This document shows positions 55,071 through 64,000 of a stretch of 64,000 nucleotides of DNA, piece by piece. Position 1 is the stretch's first letter. Each line of letters opens with the position of its first letter. The stretch lies in the IMG/VR virus record IMGVR_UViG_3300002835_000041, positions 32,001-96,000 of that record. One strand, written 5' to 3'. The notes under the pieces were generated by a model. That model saw only the letters and a list, made by a program, of their open reading frames with translations. It made no database searches and was not told where the DNA came from. Made by a program: the position numbers and the translations under genes. Source of the stretch: a virus.

Positions 55071-57734
55071 ATGGCAGCAGAGAATATTGATGGTACTATC
55101 AATGGTACTGGCCTGTTCCCTGCAAAAATACCTGGTCTTTCAGATGCAGCCGATATTCAGGCAGCGCTAAGACTTTATCACTACGGATCATATACCTATG
55201 ACGGTGCTAACACAAATGAAGCAACCTTGCTTGCAAACCCATCTGTTGCAGCACATCTACAAACTCTTAAAAATGCTGATGCAGCAGAAGTAACAAACAG
55301 AAATGCTGCAATTGCTGTAGAAACAACAAATAGAAATACTGCAATTACAACACACAATGCAGCAACAACAAATGTTCACGGAATAGCAAATACAGCAAAC
55401 CTTGCAACACAGCAATTTGTAGCAACTGCAGTTACAACTGCAATAAGCGGTGCTACTGGAGGATATCCTGCTCTTGCAGGAGATGCTATTGATTGGAACT
55501 CTGTTGACGCAAGATTTGATGTTGTTCCACAACTTGCAAATGTTGGAACAGTTATAACAAAAACAGAAAACTTTATCTTATCACCCGATGATGTTGGAAA
55601 GACTGCTATTTTGTATTCTTCTAACCCAATAGTTGTGACTCTTCCAGCAAACGCTTTAGTAGAAATTCCAGTGGGATATTCAATTGATATAATTCAAACA
55701 GGCACTGGTTCAGTAACTGTATCTGAAGGCAGTGACGCTGTTTCAATTAATAGCAAGGCTGGAATAAAATCTCTAGATGGACAATATTCAAAAGGTACTC
55801 TGGTTAAAATAGACACCAATACATGGTTTTTTTTTGGAAACTTACTTAACGTAGTAGTTCCAACACCTGTTCCAACACCTGTAGCACCAGTTCCAGTTCC
55901 AACACCTGCAGTAGTTCCTGTTGCACCAACACCAATAGTTTCTCCAGTTGCCCCTGTTGTTCAGCCAACTGCTCCAACACCAATAGTTTCTCCAGTTGTT
56001 CAACCTACAACTCCAGTTGCTCAAACACCTACTCTTGCAACCCCATCACTTTCTGTAAGTATGGGACCAGACGGATTTAATGGTGCAGTTTATGCAAATG
56101 TTACAGTAACAAATCATAGTAATGATAATACATACACATCAAATCTTGGAACACAAAACCCTGAGTTCCCAGAAGAATTTAATATTTCTGGATTAACTAG
56201 TGGTCAATCTTACACAGTTTATATAACTGCATCTCGTTCTGGATATACAAGTGCTCAAGGATCTATAACCTTTACCGCAAATGCAGTGGCTCCAACACCT
56301 GTAGCAACTCCAACAAGTCCAGTTGCTCCTGTTCCTGCAGTTGCTCCTGTTACTCCAACTGCTCAACCTAACTACTATGTTTTCACATATTATGACGGAA
56401 AATGTAACTACATAGTGTATGATTTCCTTGATAATGAAATAGGAACATACTCAACAAATCTTTGTACAAATTCTGGAACAGATGCTTCTGGGGCAACTCT
56501 TCCAAGTTGTAGTAATTCAGGTTGTGTTTCTACTACACCAGTTGCTCCTGTACCAGCACCAACACCAGCACCAACTCCTACGGTAATTGTTGCACCAGGA
56601 ACAGTTTATTTATCATATTGTGATCCTCAAGGTGGGCCACAAGTTGAATCATATGCAATTAATGCAGACAACATTCTTTCTACAAATATTAATACTGCAT
56701 GTGCAACATACTATGATGTCTTAAGTTACGCAGGAGCAACAAATATTCAGTGCTCTACTGCTTCATCGCCTGGAGCCCCATCATGTGGAACCGCCCCAGC
56801 ACCGACACCAGTTGCTGCTCCAGTTGCTCCTGTAGCACCAGTTCCAGTACCAGTTGCGCCTACACCAGTTCCAGCAGTACAGACTTCTACAATTTATCAC
56901 GCAGTATGCTTTAGTGATGGCGGTACAAGCAATGACTCAAGCACAGTTCCAAATATGCTTTATTCCGATTGTACAACTTACCGAGCATTTGTACTAAGTA
57001 TTGATCCAGGAGCATCTATAAATTGTTCTGCTTCAGGGCCAGTTTCTTTACCAGGATGTGTTGCACCTACACCAGCACCAACACCTGTAGTACCTGTAGC
57101 GCCAGTTCCAGCACCAGTTGCTCCTGTAGCGCCAGTTCCAGCACCAACAGCACTAACATGTCCAAACAATGACACCTATGGAGTTACAAGTGGAGGAGTC
57201 TACAGTGGTTCTTGCCCTGATGGTTCATGTCCAGGATGTAGCAATTACCAAGAGAAGTGGTACAAGTGCTCTGATGGAAGTTCAGGAACTAAGTTCTATG
57301 TAGGTCTTGGATGTAGCACACCTGTAGCACCTGCACCTGTTGCACCTGCACCTGTTGCACCTGCACCTGTTGCACCTAGCCCTGCTCCTACTGCAGCACT
57401 AGACTGTACAGCGTGTACTGGATATAGCGGACTTGCAGGAACAGAAGTACAAGACTGTTCTGATGGATGCGGAACTAGAACATTGTGTAGAACGCCTCTA
57501 GGATGTGCCAACTACTACTTAAATGAATGTCCAGGTTGTGCTGCTCCTACACCAGTTGCTCCTACACCTGCTGCTGCGACACCTACAGCGTCTTCACCAA
57601 CAGCATGCGTTGCAAACTGCGTATTTGATGGTTATACCTGTAATGGATGGGCAGCAACATATACTTATATTAACTATGGATGTGGAGGAGCAAGTGCTTG
57701 CCCTCCTTATACCGATAATTTTGGTTGTGCATAA
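55071..57734 (+). CDS. fibre-like protein with Pro-rich linkers, FN3-like domain and six Cys-rich modules
   Basis: PVAPVP/PTP repeats; ISGLTSGQSYTVYITA FN3-like; 32 Cys in blocks of 4,4,4,6,8,6. Confidence 0.7.
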   Translation: MAAENIDGTINGTGLFPAKIPGLSDAADIQAALRLYHYGSYTYDGANTNEATLLANPSVAAHLQTLKNADAAEVTNRNAAIAVETTNRNTAITTHNAATTNVHGIANTANLATQQFVATAVTTAISGATGGYPALAGDAIDWNSVDARFDVVPQLANVGTVITKTENFILSPDDVGKTAILYSSNPIVVTLPANALVEIPVGYSIDIIQTGTGSVTVSEGSDAVSINSKAGIKSLDGQYSKGTLVKIDTNTWFFFGNLLNVVVPTPVPTPVAPVPVPTPAVVPVAPTPIVSPVAPVVQPTAPTPIVSPVVQPTTPVAQTPTLATPSLSVSMGPDGFNGAVYANVTVTNHSNDNTYTSNLGTQNPEFPEEFNISGLTSGQSYTVYITASRSGYTSAQGSITFTANAVAPTPVATPTSPVAPVPAVAPVTPTAQPNYYVFTYYDGKCNYIVYDFLDNEIGTYSTNLCTNSGTDASGATLPSCSNSGCVSTTPVAPVPAPTPAPTPTVIVAPGTVYLSYCDPQGGPQVESYAINADNILSTNINTACATYYDVLSYAGATNIQCSTASSPGAPSCGTAPAPTPVAAPVAPVAPVPVPVAPTPVPAVQTSTIYHAVCFSDGGTSNDSSTVPNMLYSDCTTYRAFVLSIDPGASINCSASGPVSLPGCVAPTPAPTPVVPVAPVPAPVAPVAPVPAPTALTCPNNDTYGVTSGGVYSGSCPDGSCPGCSNYQEKWYKCSDGSSGTKFYVGLGCSTPVAPAPVAPAPVAPAPVAPSPAPTAALDCTACTGYSGLAGTEVQDCSDGCGTRTLCRTPLGCANYYLNECPGCAAPTPVAPTPAAATPTASSPTACVANCVFDGYTCNGWAATYTYINYGCGGASACPPYTDNFGCA
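57321..57380 (+). repeat. 15-bp tandem repeat x4 encoding PVAPA
   Basis: CCTGTWGCACCTGCA. Confidence 0.85.
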
Positions 57735-57771
57735 AAATGCAATATGATATACTATATTAAAAGGAGAAAAA

Positions 57772-58149
57772 ATGCAATTTAAATTAAATGCTGAAGACGA
57801 AGTCATTGATTTTATTTATATAGAGACAGACACTGAGACAGGTTTGCCAGTAAGAGATACAGATGTTTTGGTATTTAATTCACTATCTTCTAGTCCATCT
57901 GTTGTAGAAATAACTGATTTAGAATATAATCCAGAGCAGGGCTCTATTTGGAACGGTAAAGATTTTATAGATCCAGAAAATAGAGAACCAAGACCTCTTG
58001 CTAAAAAAGATGATGGTTTTAGAAAGTTTGCATTTATTGTAGACAACGAATATAAGTTTTTCTATGGTGTTGCAGATACACCAGAAAACGGAATGAAGAT
58101 TGCAATTCTTTCTAGCAATCCACAAGTTACAATTGGAGAGGAAATATAA
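57772..58149 (+). CDS. hypothetical protein
   Basis: ORF with SD AGGAG. Confidence 0.6.
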   Translation: MQFKLNAEDEVIDFIYIETDTETGLPVRDTDVLVFNSLSSSPSVVEITDLEYNPEQGSIWNGKDFIDPENREPRPLAKKDDGFRKFAFIVDNEYKFFYGVADTPENGMKIAILSSNPQVTIGEEI

Positions 58150-58388
58150 TGGAAGAGAATCTATCGCCACTGCAAAAATACAAGCAGATGCTTGGAGATA
58201 CAAGACCTTGGGATGTTGTAAATCCAAATACTGAGTGGGCAGATGAAGAAGTAGCAAAAGAAAGATTTTCCATCTGTAAAGGATGTCCAGAATTAATTAA
58301 ACTAACTAGTCAATGTAAAAAGTGTGGCTGCCTTATGAAAGTAAAAACAAAATTAGAAAAAGCGGTTTGCCCACTAGGAAAGTGGTAA
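58149..58388 (+). CDS. small Cys-rich protein (DUF6171-like)
   Basis: CKGC..CKKCGC..CPLGKW. Confidence 0.6.
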   Translation: MEENLSPLQKYKQMLGDTRPWDVVNPNTEWADEEVAKERFSICKGCPELIKLTSQCKKCGCLMKVKTKLEKAVCPLGKW

Positions 58389-58389
58389 A

Positions 58390-58980
58390 ATGAAACCAGC
58401 ATACCTGTTAAAGACAGTTTTTCCACCAGAAGAGCATTTGGCTTTACAAAATCTTGCAATGAATCTTTGGTCAACAGACAAAAGCACGTATGATAGAGGT
58501 TTTGGAAGACATCAATGGACAATTTGGGATAATACTCACGGTCCTGCAATTGAGCCATTAAGAAGATTTCACGAAATGCTTTTACCATTAGCAAGAGAAG
58601 AGTTTGAATCAGAAACTCTTGTGCCATCTTGGTGCCTATTAAGTATTTATGAGGGAAAAGAAGCAAAATTATGGAAGCATGTAGATGATAACGCTTGCAC
58701 ATACCATATAAACTATACAATTTTTCATAAAACACCTTGGGACTTTTATGTAGAAGGTGAAAAATTTCAGGCAGAAGAAAATGATGCAGTTATTTCTTAT
58801 GGTAATGATCAGTTACATTGGAGGGAAGAATTTCCAGATCCAGAACACAATCTAGTTGCTAATGCATTCTTTTTTTATACAGAGCCAGATCATTGGTTCT
58901 TTAAGCATGGTCCACAATATCTATATACTGATATTCGTAAACCAGTTGAAGGCAAAGAAACAATAAAAGAAACTATGTAA
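58390..58980 (+). CDS. 2OG-Fe(II) oxygenase-like protein
   Basis: HVDDNAC, YGNDQLHWRE. Confidence 0.7.
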   Translation: MKPAYLLKTVFPPEEHLALQNLAMNLWSTDKSTYDRGFGRHQWTIWDNTHGPAIEPLRRFHEMLLPLAREEFESETLVPSWCLLSIYEGKEAKLWKHVDDNACTYHINYTIFHKTPWDFYVEGEKFQAEENDAVISYGNDQLHWREEFPDPEHNLVANAFFFYTEPDHWFFKHGPQYLYTDIRKPVEGKETIKETM

Positions 58981-60012
58981 ATGAATAAATTATTCTTTCA
59001 GTTATATAATCCTACAGGTTTAATAAATCAGGTAATGAGCCTTGAGTTGGCAGCAGGGTTATCTCATGAACTAAATGTTCCAGTCATTATGCACTATGGA
59101 AGATATACAGCAGACCCAAAACTTTATTTTACTGATACAATTCCAATTTTTAGTCCAAGCAGGTTTTATAATGAACAAAGAAAAGGTTTTACAAACGATA
59201 ACCAATTTCCTCACTTGCTAGACCTTATGGATTTTGATCAAAACATAATTATAATTGATGAAAAAATAGATCACTTTGAACAAGAAGAACTAGTTATTGA
59301 TGATATTATGAATAATTTTTATTATAGTAATCAACCAGAAATAACTGGAGATGAGTTTCTTTTTGCAGAAGGAAGAAAAAGACTTCCACTAGATAAAACA
59401 CTTCATTTAAAATTGACTCTCGGCTGGTACTCAAGATTTTTTTATAAAAGAAGTGATAGCCTAAACAAAGCAATATCTTCAGTCAGATTTAAAAAAGAGT
59501 ATGTAGATTTAGCAAACAAAATATATCACTCTATCGGAGAATTTCAAGGAATGCACTTAAGATTATCGGATCACATAAAGATGTTTGAAACAAAACAAGA
59601 AATGTTTGAGTCATGGCTAGATAAATTTGCACAGAATAATCTTCCTGTAGTTTTATCAACTTGTGAGCCAGGACATAAAATGGTACAAGATAATAAGCAT
59701 AGGTTTATACTGTTAGATGAATATATTGTGCATAATTTTAGAGATGAATTTATGGCTTTGCCATTTCAGGATGAAGTAGTTTTTGGACTTATATGTAACT
59801 TGGTAATGCATAATGCTACAAACTTTGTTGGAACATCTGGAAGCACATATACTGCCTATATTCATAGAAATAGAAATCAAAAAGGAATTGAGACTTGGGA
59901 CTTTTTTGACAACCCACCAAAGACAACATCAACTCGTTACTCTTGGAATGGATCTTCTTTAGAGAATGGCAGAAAAATGTGGTGGAGAGAATGGCCAGAA
60001 TCAAAATGTTAA
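58981..60012 (+). CDS. O-fucosyltransferase-like GT-B glycosyltransferase
   Basis: GLINQ, GMHLRLSD, FVGTSGSTYT (GDP-binding pattern). Confidence 0.7.
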   Translation: MNKLFFQLYNPTGLINQVMSLELAAGLSHELNVPVIMHYGRYTADPKLYFTDTIPIFSPSRFYNEQRKGFTNDNQFPHLLDLMDFDQNIIIIDEKIDHFEQEELVIDDIMNNFYYSNQPEITGDEFLFAEGRKRLPLDKTLHLKLTLGWYSRFFYKRSDSLNKAISSVRFKKEYVDLANKIYHSIGEFQGMHLRLSDHIKMFETKQEMFESWLDKFAQNNLPVVLSTCEPGHKMVQDNKHRFILLDEYIVHNFRDEFMALPFQDEVVFGLICNLVMHNATNFVGTSGSTYTAYIHRNRNQKGIETWDFFDNPPKTTSTRYSWNGSSLENGRKMWWREWPESKC

Positions 60013-60082
60013 AAAGAATTTTTTATAAGTTTAAAATGTGGCGTAAGTATAAAAAAATAAAAAAGGGTAAGTTTATTTACTA

Positions 60083-61021
60083 ATGCTTTTTGATATGTTT
60101 AATCCTAGAGTTATTCCTCATATGGGTATTGATAAAACACAACCAAAAAAGGATTATTCTCATACTACTGAAATATTGGCAGGGCATTCAGAAGTACCAA
60201 GACCAGAATACAATTATAAATGGAATAGCGATAACCTAAGATCCATAGAGTTTGCGACAAAGCCACCAATAGTAGCCCTAGGTTGCTCTATAACGCTTGG
60301 CCAAGGACTTCCAGAACATCTTAGGTGGACCGACCTTCTATCTAATCGTATTGGGGTCCCTATAGGAAATATATCTTATTCTGGAGCATCTGCAAACAAG
60401 TTGGTTTCTAGTTTTTTAGGAATGATTCATCAATATCAATATAAGCCAGAGATTGTTATTGCTCATTTTGCAAACTTTGAAAGATTTTATTTTGTTAGCC
60501 CAGACGGGGAAAGAATGCAGGAGTGGTTTATTAATCATAGTGCAAAAAAAACAAAAGCATCAGCACCTTGGAACTATGAAGAGATTTTGCCATATGAGTG
60601 GGTTTATTATCAAAATCTAGATCATATTAAAATGCTAGAAGCATTCTGTGAGGCAAGCGGAATTAAACTGTACTGGTCTTCTTGGTCACACGGAATGACA
60701 GATGAACAAGAACAATTCTTAAAAGACAACTTTAGGCATTATGTTTCAGACACAACAAAGAAAGAGTTTCCAGCAGACTTTGAACTTGGTTTTGTTGCAA
60801 ACAGTGTGCCTGAACTTACCAAGCATTTTGAGATGATAAATTGGCAAGGGTGCCATCATGGATGGAAAGACATGTACCCAGAAATATTTGACTATGGCTA
60901 TGACTACCACAAAATTGCATATGACTATGGAAGACTAAAGGGGCCTGGAGCGCACTGGCCACACCCTGGGCTACATAAGCAGTTGCATATTTCTGAGTTT
61001 TGGGAAAAACTAATATCCTAA
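60083..61021 (+). CDS. SGNH-hydrolase-like protein
   Basis: LGCSITLG, NISYSGAS, HPGLH. Confidence 0.6.
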   Translation: MLFDMFNPRVIPHMGIDKTQPKKDYSHTTEILAGHSEVPRPEYNYKWNSDNLRSIEFATKPPIVALGCSITLGQGLPEHLRWTDLLSNRIGVPIGNISYSGASANKLVSSFLGMIHQYQYKPEIVIAHFANFERFYFVSPDGERMQEWFINHSAKKTKASAPWNYEEILPYEWVYYQNLDHIKMLEAFCEASGIKLYWSSWSHGMTDEQEQFLKDNFRHYVSDTTKKEFPADFELGFVANSVPELTKHFEMINWQGCHHGWKDMYPEIFDYGYDYHKIAYDYGRLKGPGAHWPHPGLHKQLHISEFWEKLIS

Positions 61022-61071
61022 ATATTTTAAAATAGGGATATATACTTTAAGTGAGAGAATTGTGAGATAGT

Positions 61072-62103
61072 ATGAAAACAGCATTAGTCCTTGGAGCAGG
61101 TGGCTTTATCGGTAGCCACATGGTTAATAGACTTAAGTCAGAAGGATACTGGGTTAGAGGTGTTGATCTAAAGCATCCTGATTTTTCTAACACACAGGCA
61201 GACGAGTTCATTGAAAGAGATCTGTCCGTTTATGAAAATGTTGAAAAGGCAATTCAGTTTAAAGGATATCAAGGAAACTTTTATAGCGAAATACCATATA
61301 AGTTAATTACTAGTTTTGATGAGATTTATCAATTTGCTGCAGATATGGGTGGCGCTGGATATATATTTACTGGAGAACACGATTCCCAGATTATGGAAAA
61401 CTCTGCACTTATAAACCTTAACTTGCTTAGGGCACAATCAAGACTAAACGCAAAATATGATATTAATAAAACCAAAATATTTTATTCAAGTTCTGCCTGT
61501 ATGTATCCTGACTATAAGCAGTTGGATGTTAATAATCCTGGATTAAAAGAGTCTGACGCATACCCTGCCGATCCTGACAGCGAGTATGGCTGGGAAAAAT
61601 TGTTTAGTGAAAGAATGTTCTTAGCCTTTAATAAAAACAACAGAATTCCCGTAGCGATTGCCAGATATCACAACATCTATGGACCAGAAGGAACTTGGGA
61701 TGGTGGAAAAGAAAAGGCTCCTGCAGCAATGTGTCGAAAAGTTATACAGTCAGATGGCTTTATAGAAATTTGGGGGGATGGAGAACAAACCCGTTCATTC
61801 CTATATATAGATGAATGCATAGAAGCAACAAGAAGACTTATGAAATCAGACTTTACTGGTCCTGTTAATATTGGATCTGAAGAAATGGTTACTATCAACC
61901 AGTTGGTAGATATTGCTTGCAGTATTGAGGGCAAGGTTTTGAGCAAGATGCATATCCCTGGACCTTTGGGAGTTAGAGGAAGAAATTCTAATAATGACTT
62001 GGTAAGAGAAAAACTAGGCTGGGATTACTCAATGTCTCTTAAAGACGGAATTGAAAAAACCTACAACTGGATACTTCAGGAAACAAAAAAGAACCCCTCC
62101 TAA
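61072..62103 (+). CDS. GDP-mannose 3,5-epimerase-like NAD-dependent epimerase
   Basis: GAGGFIG, AADMGGAGYI, YSSSACMYP, YGWEK, KAPAAMCRK. Confidence 0.85.
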   Translation: MKTALVLGAGGFIGSHMVNRLKSEGYWVRGVDLKHPDFSNTQADEFIERDLSVYENVEKAIQFKGYQGNFYSEIPYKLITSFDEIYQFAADMGGAGYIFTGEHDSQIMENSALINLNLLRAQSRLNAKYDINKTKIFYSSSACMYPDYKQLDVNNPGLKESDAYPADPDSEYGWEKLFSERMFLAFNKNNRIPVAIARYHNIYGPEGTWDGGKEKAPAAMCRKVIQSDGFIEIWGDGEQTRSFLYIDECIEATRRLMKSDFTGPVNIGSEEMVTINQLVDIACSIEGKVLSKMHIPGPLGVRGRNSNNDLVREKLGWDYSMSLKDGIEKTYNWILQETKKNPS

Positions 62104-62110
62104 GAGGGGT
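62093..62110. terminator. bidirectional hairpin between convergent genes
   Basis: ACCCCTC-CTAA-GAGGGGT. Confidence 0.55.
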
Positions 62111-62124
62111 CCTAATTTGAGATA

Positions 62125-62688
62125 TTACTTAGGAAATTTAGCCATCCAGTATTTGGTTCTTGGAGTGATGCCCTTCCATGAGGACCAATCATCTCCACCA
62201 TTTGTCATATAGTATGCAATCTCTGCATTCTTGACGGGATTGAATAGTTCAGCATTTGACTCAAGATCAAACTTAGTTCTACGGTCAGGACCAAGGTTGT
62301 CTATCATGTTAATTTGGAACATACCATAAGATGAGTCACCAGTCTTGTGGTTTCCGTTAAATGCTAATGGTCGCCCATTAGATTCTTTCTTTGCTACCGC
62401 CCAGGCAACAACAAGGTCTTTGCCCTTGAAGCCAACCAGAGACAACAGTTCCTTTAGTTCCAAATCAGTCAGAGAAACCTTATTCTCAAAACTCTCTAAC
62501 TTTTTAGCCTTAGAAACCAAAAAAACCTCTTTCGAGGCGGGTTCTACTGTCTGAGCCTGTTCTATGCTCAAGTTGTTTTTAGTATCAAGACCTGAATCAG
62601 CATTGGCTCCGTTCGACAAAACAGTTACTAATGCTACGATACTGAGTGTGCTAATGATCTCTTTGTTTCTTTCGATAAATTTAATCAT
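62125..62688 (-). CDS. membrane-anchored lytic transglycosylase (SLT/lysozyme-like)
   Basis: AKKESNG catalytic Glu, SYGMFQIN, LFNPVKNA; N-terminal signal/TM; SD AAGGAGG. Confidence 0.8.
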   Translation of the reverse strand: MIKFIERNKEIISTLSIVALVTVLSNGANADSGLDTKNNLSIEQAQTVEPASKEVFLVSKAKKLESFENKVSLTDLELKELLSLVGFKGKDLVVAWAVAKKESNGRPLAFNGNHKTGDSSYGMFQINMIDNLGPDRRTKFDLESNAELFNPVKNAEIAYYMTNGGDDWSSWKGITPRTKYWMAKFPK

Positions 62689-62791
62689 AGTTTCCTCCTT
62701 AGAAAACAATAACACCTTGGTAGGTGTTACTACCTAGTATAACACAAAATTTTACCAAAAGTCAACTTCAGAGGGTGGTATAATAAAGATT

Positions 62792-63382
62792 ATGGCTACA
62801 GGACAATCACTTAACTATCCTAATATGAAGTACCCGCTTGCTTCAGATCCCGTTAATGTACACGGGGATATTAAAACATTGGTTGATGCTTTAAATGATA
62901 TTCTTCCACCTTTGGGAATGACAGGTGTTACATCACTTGTAAGAAATGCAAGTTCTACTGTTCCTATTTTAGCAGGAACCCCAGTTTTTATTTCAGGAAG
63001 CATTTCTTATCAAGGAAAGCCAGTCCCAACTGTATTAAGATATAATCCAGCAAGCCCTACTCATAATCCAGATGTTCCAATACTAGGTTTAATGCAGTCA
63101 GATACATTACCTTCTTCTGGTCTCGTAACATCTCCTACTGATGGAAATGGAATTGTAGTCGTATCTGGAATTATACAAATGAACACAAGCCAACTAGGTG
63201 TTGCTGGAACAAAAATTTATGTAAATGATGTCGGAGCCCTTGTTTCAGTTCGTCCATCTTCAGGCCCAGCAAGATATATTGGAGTAGTTGGAGTTTCTGG
63301 GTTAAAGGCAAACGGTGGAATGATAATTGTTCAAACAAAAGGCAACGGAACATGGGGGGCACTCAAAGACGGACTGTCTTAA
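62792..63382 (+). CDS. putative virion/tail protein
   Basis: YPLASDPVNVHGDIK N-terminal anchor-like motif; leaderless. Confidence 0.5.
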   Translation: MATGQSLNYPNMKYPLASDPVNVHGDIKTLVDALNDILPPLGMTGVTSLVRNASSTVPILAGTPVFISGSISYQGKPVPTVLRYNPASPTHNPDVPILGLMQSDTLPSSGLVTSPTDGNGIVVVSGIIQMNTSQLGVAGTKIYVNDVGALVSVRPSSGPARYIGVVGVSGLKANGGMIIVQTKGNGTWGALKDGLS

Positions 63383-63400
63383 GAGTGGTATAATTTAACA

Positions 63401-63817
63401 ATGGCAACTTTAAGAGGATCTCAATCACTGTACAACATTGGCAACCCGCCACCTACAGTTATTTGGACTGTCGTGCGTGGAGATACTTCTGGATTTAAAG
63501 TTTATGTAACTGATGATGCAAAAGAGCCTTTGATTTTAAAGGGTGCTGGATCTGAATGGGATATTGCTATGAAGATTAAAAGACCAACTCTTGCAAAAGA
63601 CAAAGGAATTATTACAGACAATGCAACATTAGTTTTAAATTTATATCCAGTTGCAGACGAAGATGACCTAGTTGGAGAGTTTACGGTTTGGCTTACAGCA
63701 GCACAGTCAGCACAACTTCAAACAGGAGACATCTTTGACATTCAAGTGTCAGACCCTACAAGAGTTTGGACGGTTGCCCAGGGTAGCCTAAAGATTCTTG
63801 AAGATGTAACAGATTAA
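63401..63817 (+). CDS. putative virion structural protein
   Basis: WTVVRGDT; paralogue of 52446. Confidence 0.55.
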   Translation: MATLRGSQSLYNIGNPPPTVIWTVVRGDTSGFKVYVTDDAKEPLILKGAGSEWDIAMKIKRPTLAKDKGIITDNATLVLNLYPVADEDDLVGEFTVWLTAAQSAQLQTGDIFDIQVSDPTRVWTVAQGSLKILEDVTD

Positions 63818-64000
63818 TGGCAACAGCACTAATACTTGATGAACTTAATGGAAAAACAAAACTAATTTTTCCTATTGACTACCCATTAATTCAGGTAGAA
63901 GATTTTACAAAAAACACACTGATCACAGAAGTTCTTCCTTTTAGAGTTAAGTTTTCAGCAATTCAGATACAGGCTATTGGTTTGGGTAACACTCCAGCAA
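63817..64000 (+). CDS. hypothetical protein (truncated by window end)
   Basis: MATALILDELNGKTKLIFP... open to the edge. Confidence 0.55.
   Translation, partial: MATALILDELNGKTKLIFPIDYPLIQVEDFTKNTLITEVLPFRVKFSAIQIQAIGLGNTPA

Noticed and set aside
57321-57380. 15-bp tandem repeat as a CRISPR or VNTR switch
   Set aside because: No spacers, and it is an in-frame multiple of three encoding PVAPA.
55257-57806. Several minus-strand GATGA/CWN-repeat ORFs
   Set aside because: Mirrors of the Pro-rich fibre gene.
62700-62745. Alternative hairpins in the transglycosylase leader as a c-di-AMP riboswitch
   Set aside because: Leader is too short and lacks the ydaO consensus; only a small TAACACCT/AGGTGTTA stem.
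1-64000. Stop-codon reassignment
   Set aside because: Known-family genes (terL, carbamoyltransferase, P450, epimerase) are full length in the standard code, and no suppressor tRNA is seen.

Overview
The window is a segment of a large, low-GC tailed-phage genome. It contains a terminase large subunit, RuvC-like and Cas4-like nucleases, virion/tail genes, five tRNAs and a WhiB regulator. WhiB, pervasive leaderless transcription and a host-like surface protein point to an actinobacterial host, probably a low-GC freshwater lineage such as acI/Nanopelagicales (inference). Layout: 1-25 kb plus-strand packaging, accessory and modification genes; 25-33.2 kb mostly minus-strand accessory genes; 33.2-34.7 kb a repeat-rich, mostly non-coding patch; 34.7-47.5 kb a minus-strand early-type region of small ORFs broken by recurrent regulatory cassettes; a divergent switch near 47.6 kb; 52-64 kb virion/tail genes interleaved with glyco-enzymes. 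Most notable signals: (1) six dispersed copies of a ~28-nt H-type pseudoknot with compensatory base changes, two directly 5' of tRNA genes; (2) clusters of perfect DnaA boxes and CRP-type palindromes, plus MtrA-like direct repeats, in intergenic cassettes; (3) a large tailoring toolkit (eight 2OG-Fe(II) oxygenase domains, two GT60/Gnt1-like and one O-fucosyltransferase-like glycosyltransferase, GDP-mannose epimerase, carbamoyltransferase, three sulfotransferases, APS-kinase fusion, cytochrome P450) alongside a Pro-rich, Cys-modular fibre protein that is a plausible substrate; (4) a probable ATT start codon, a ROSE-like leader on hsp20, and two candidate small structured RNAs. Product calls come from motif recognition by eye, with no database search.
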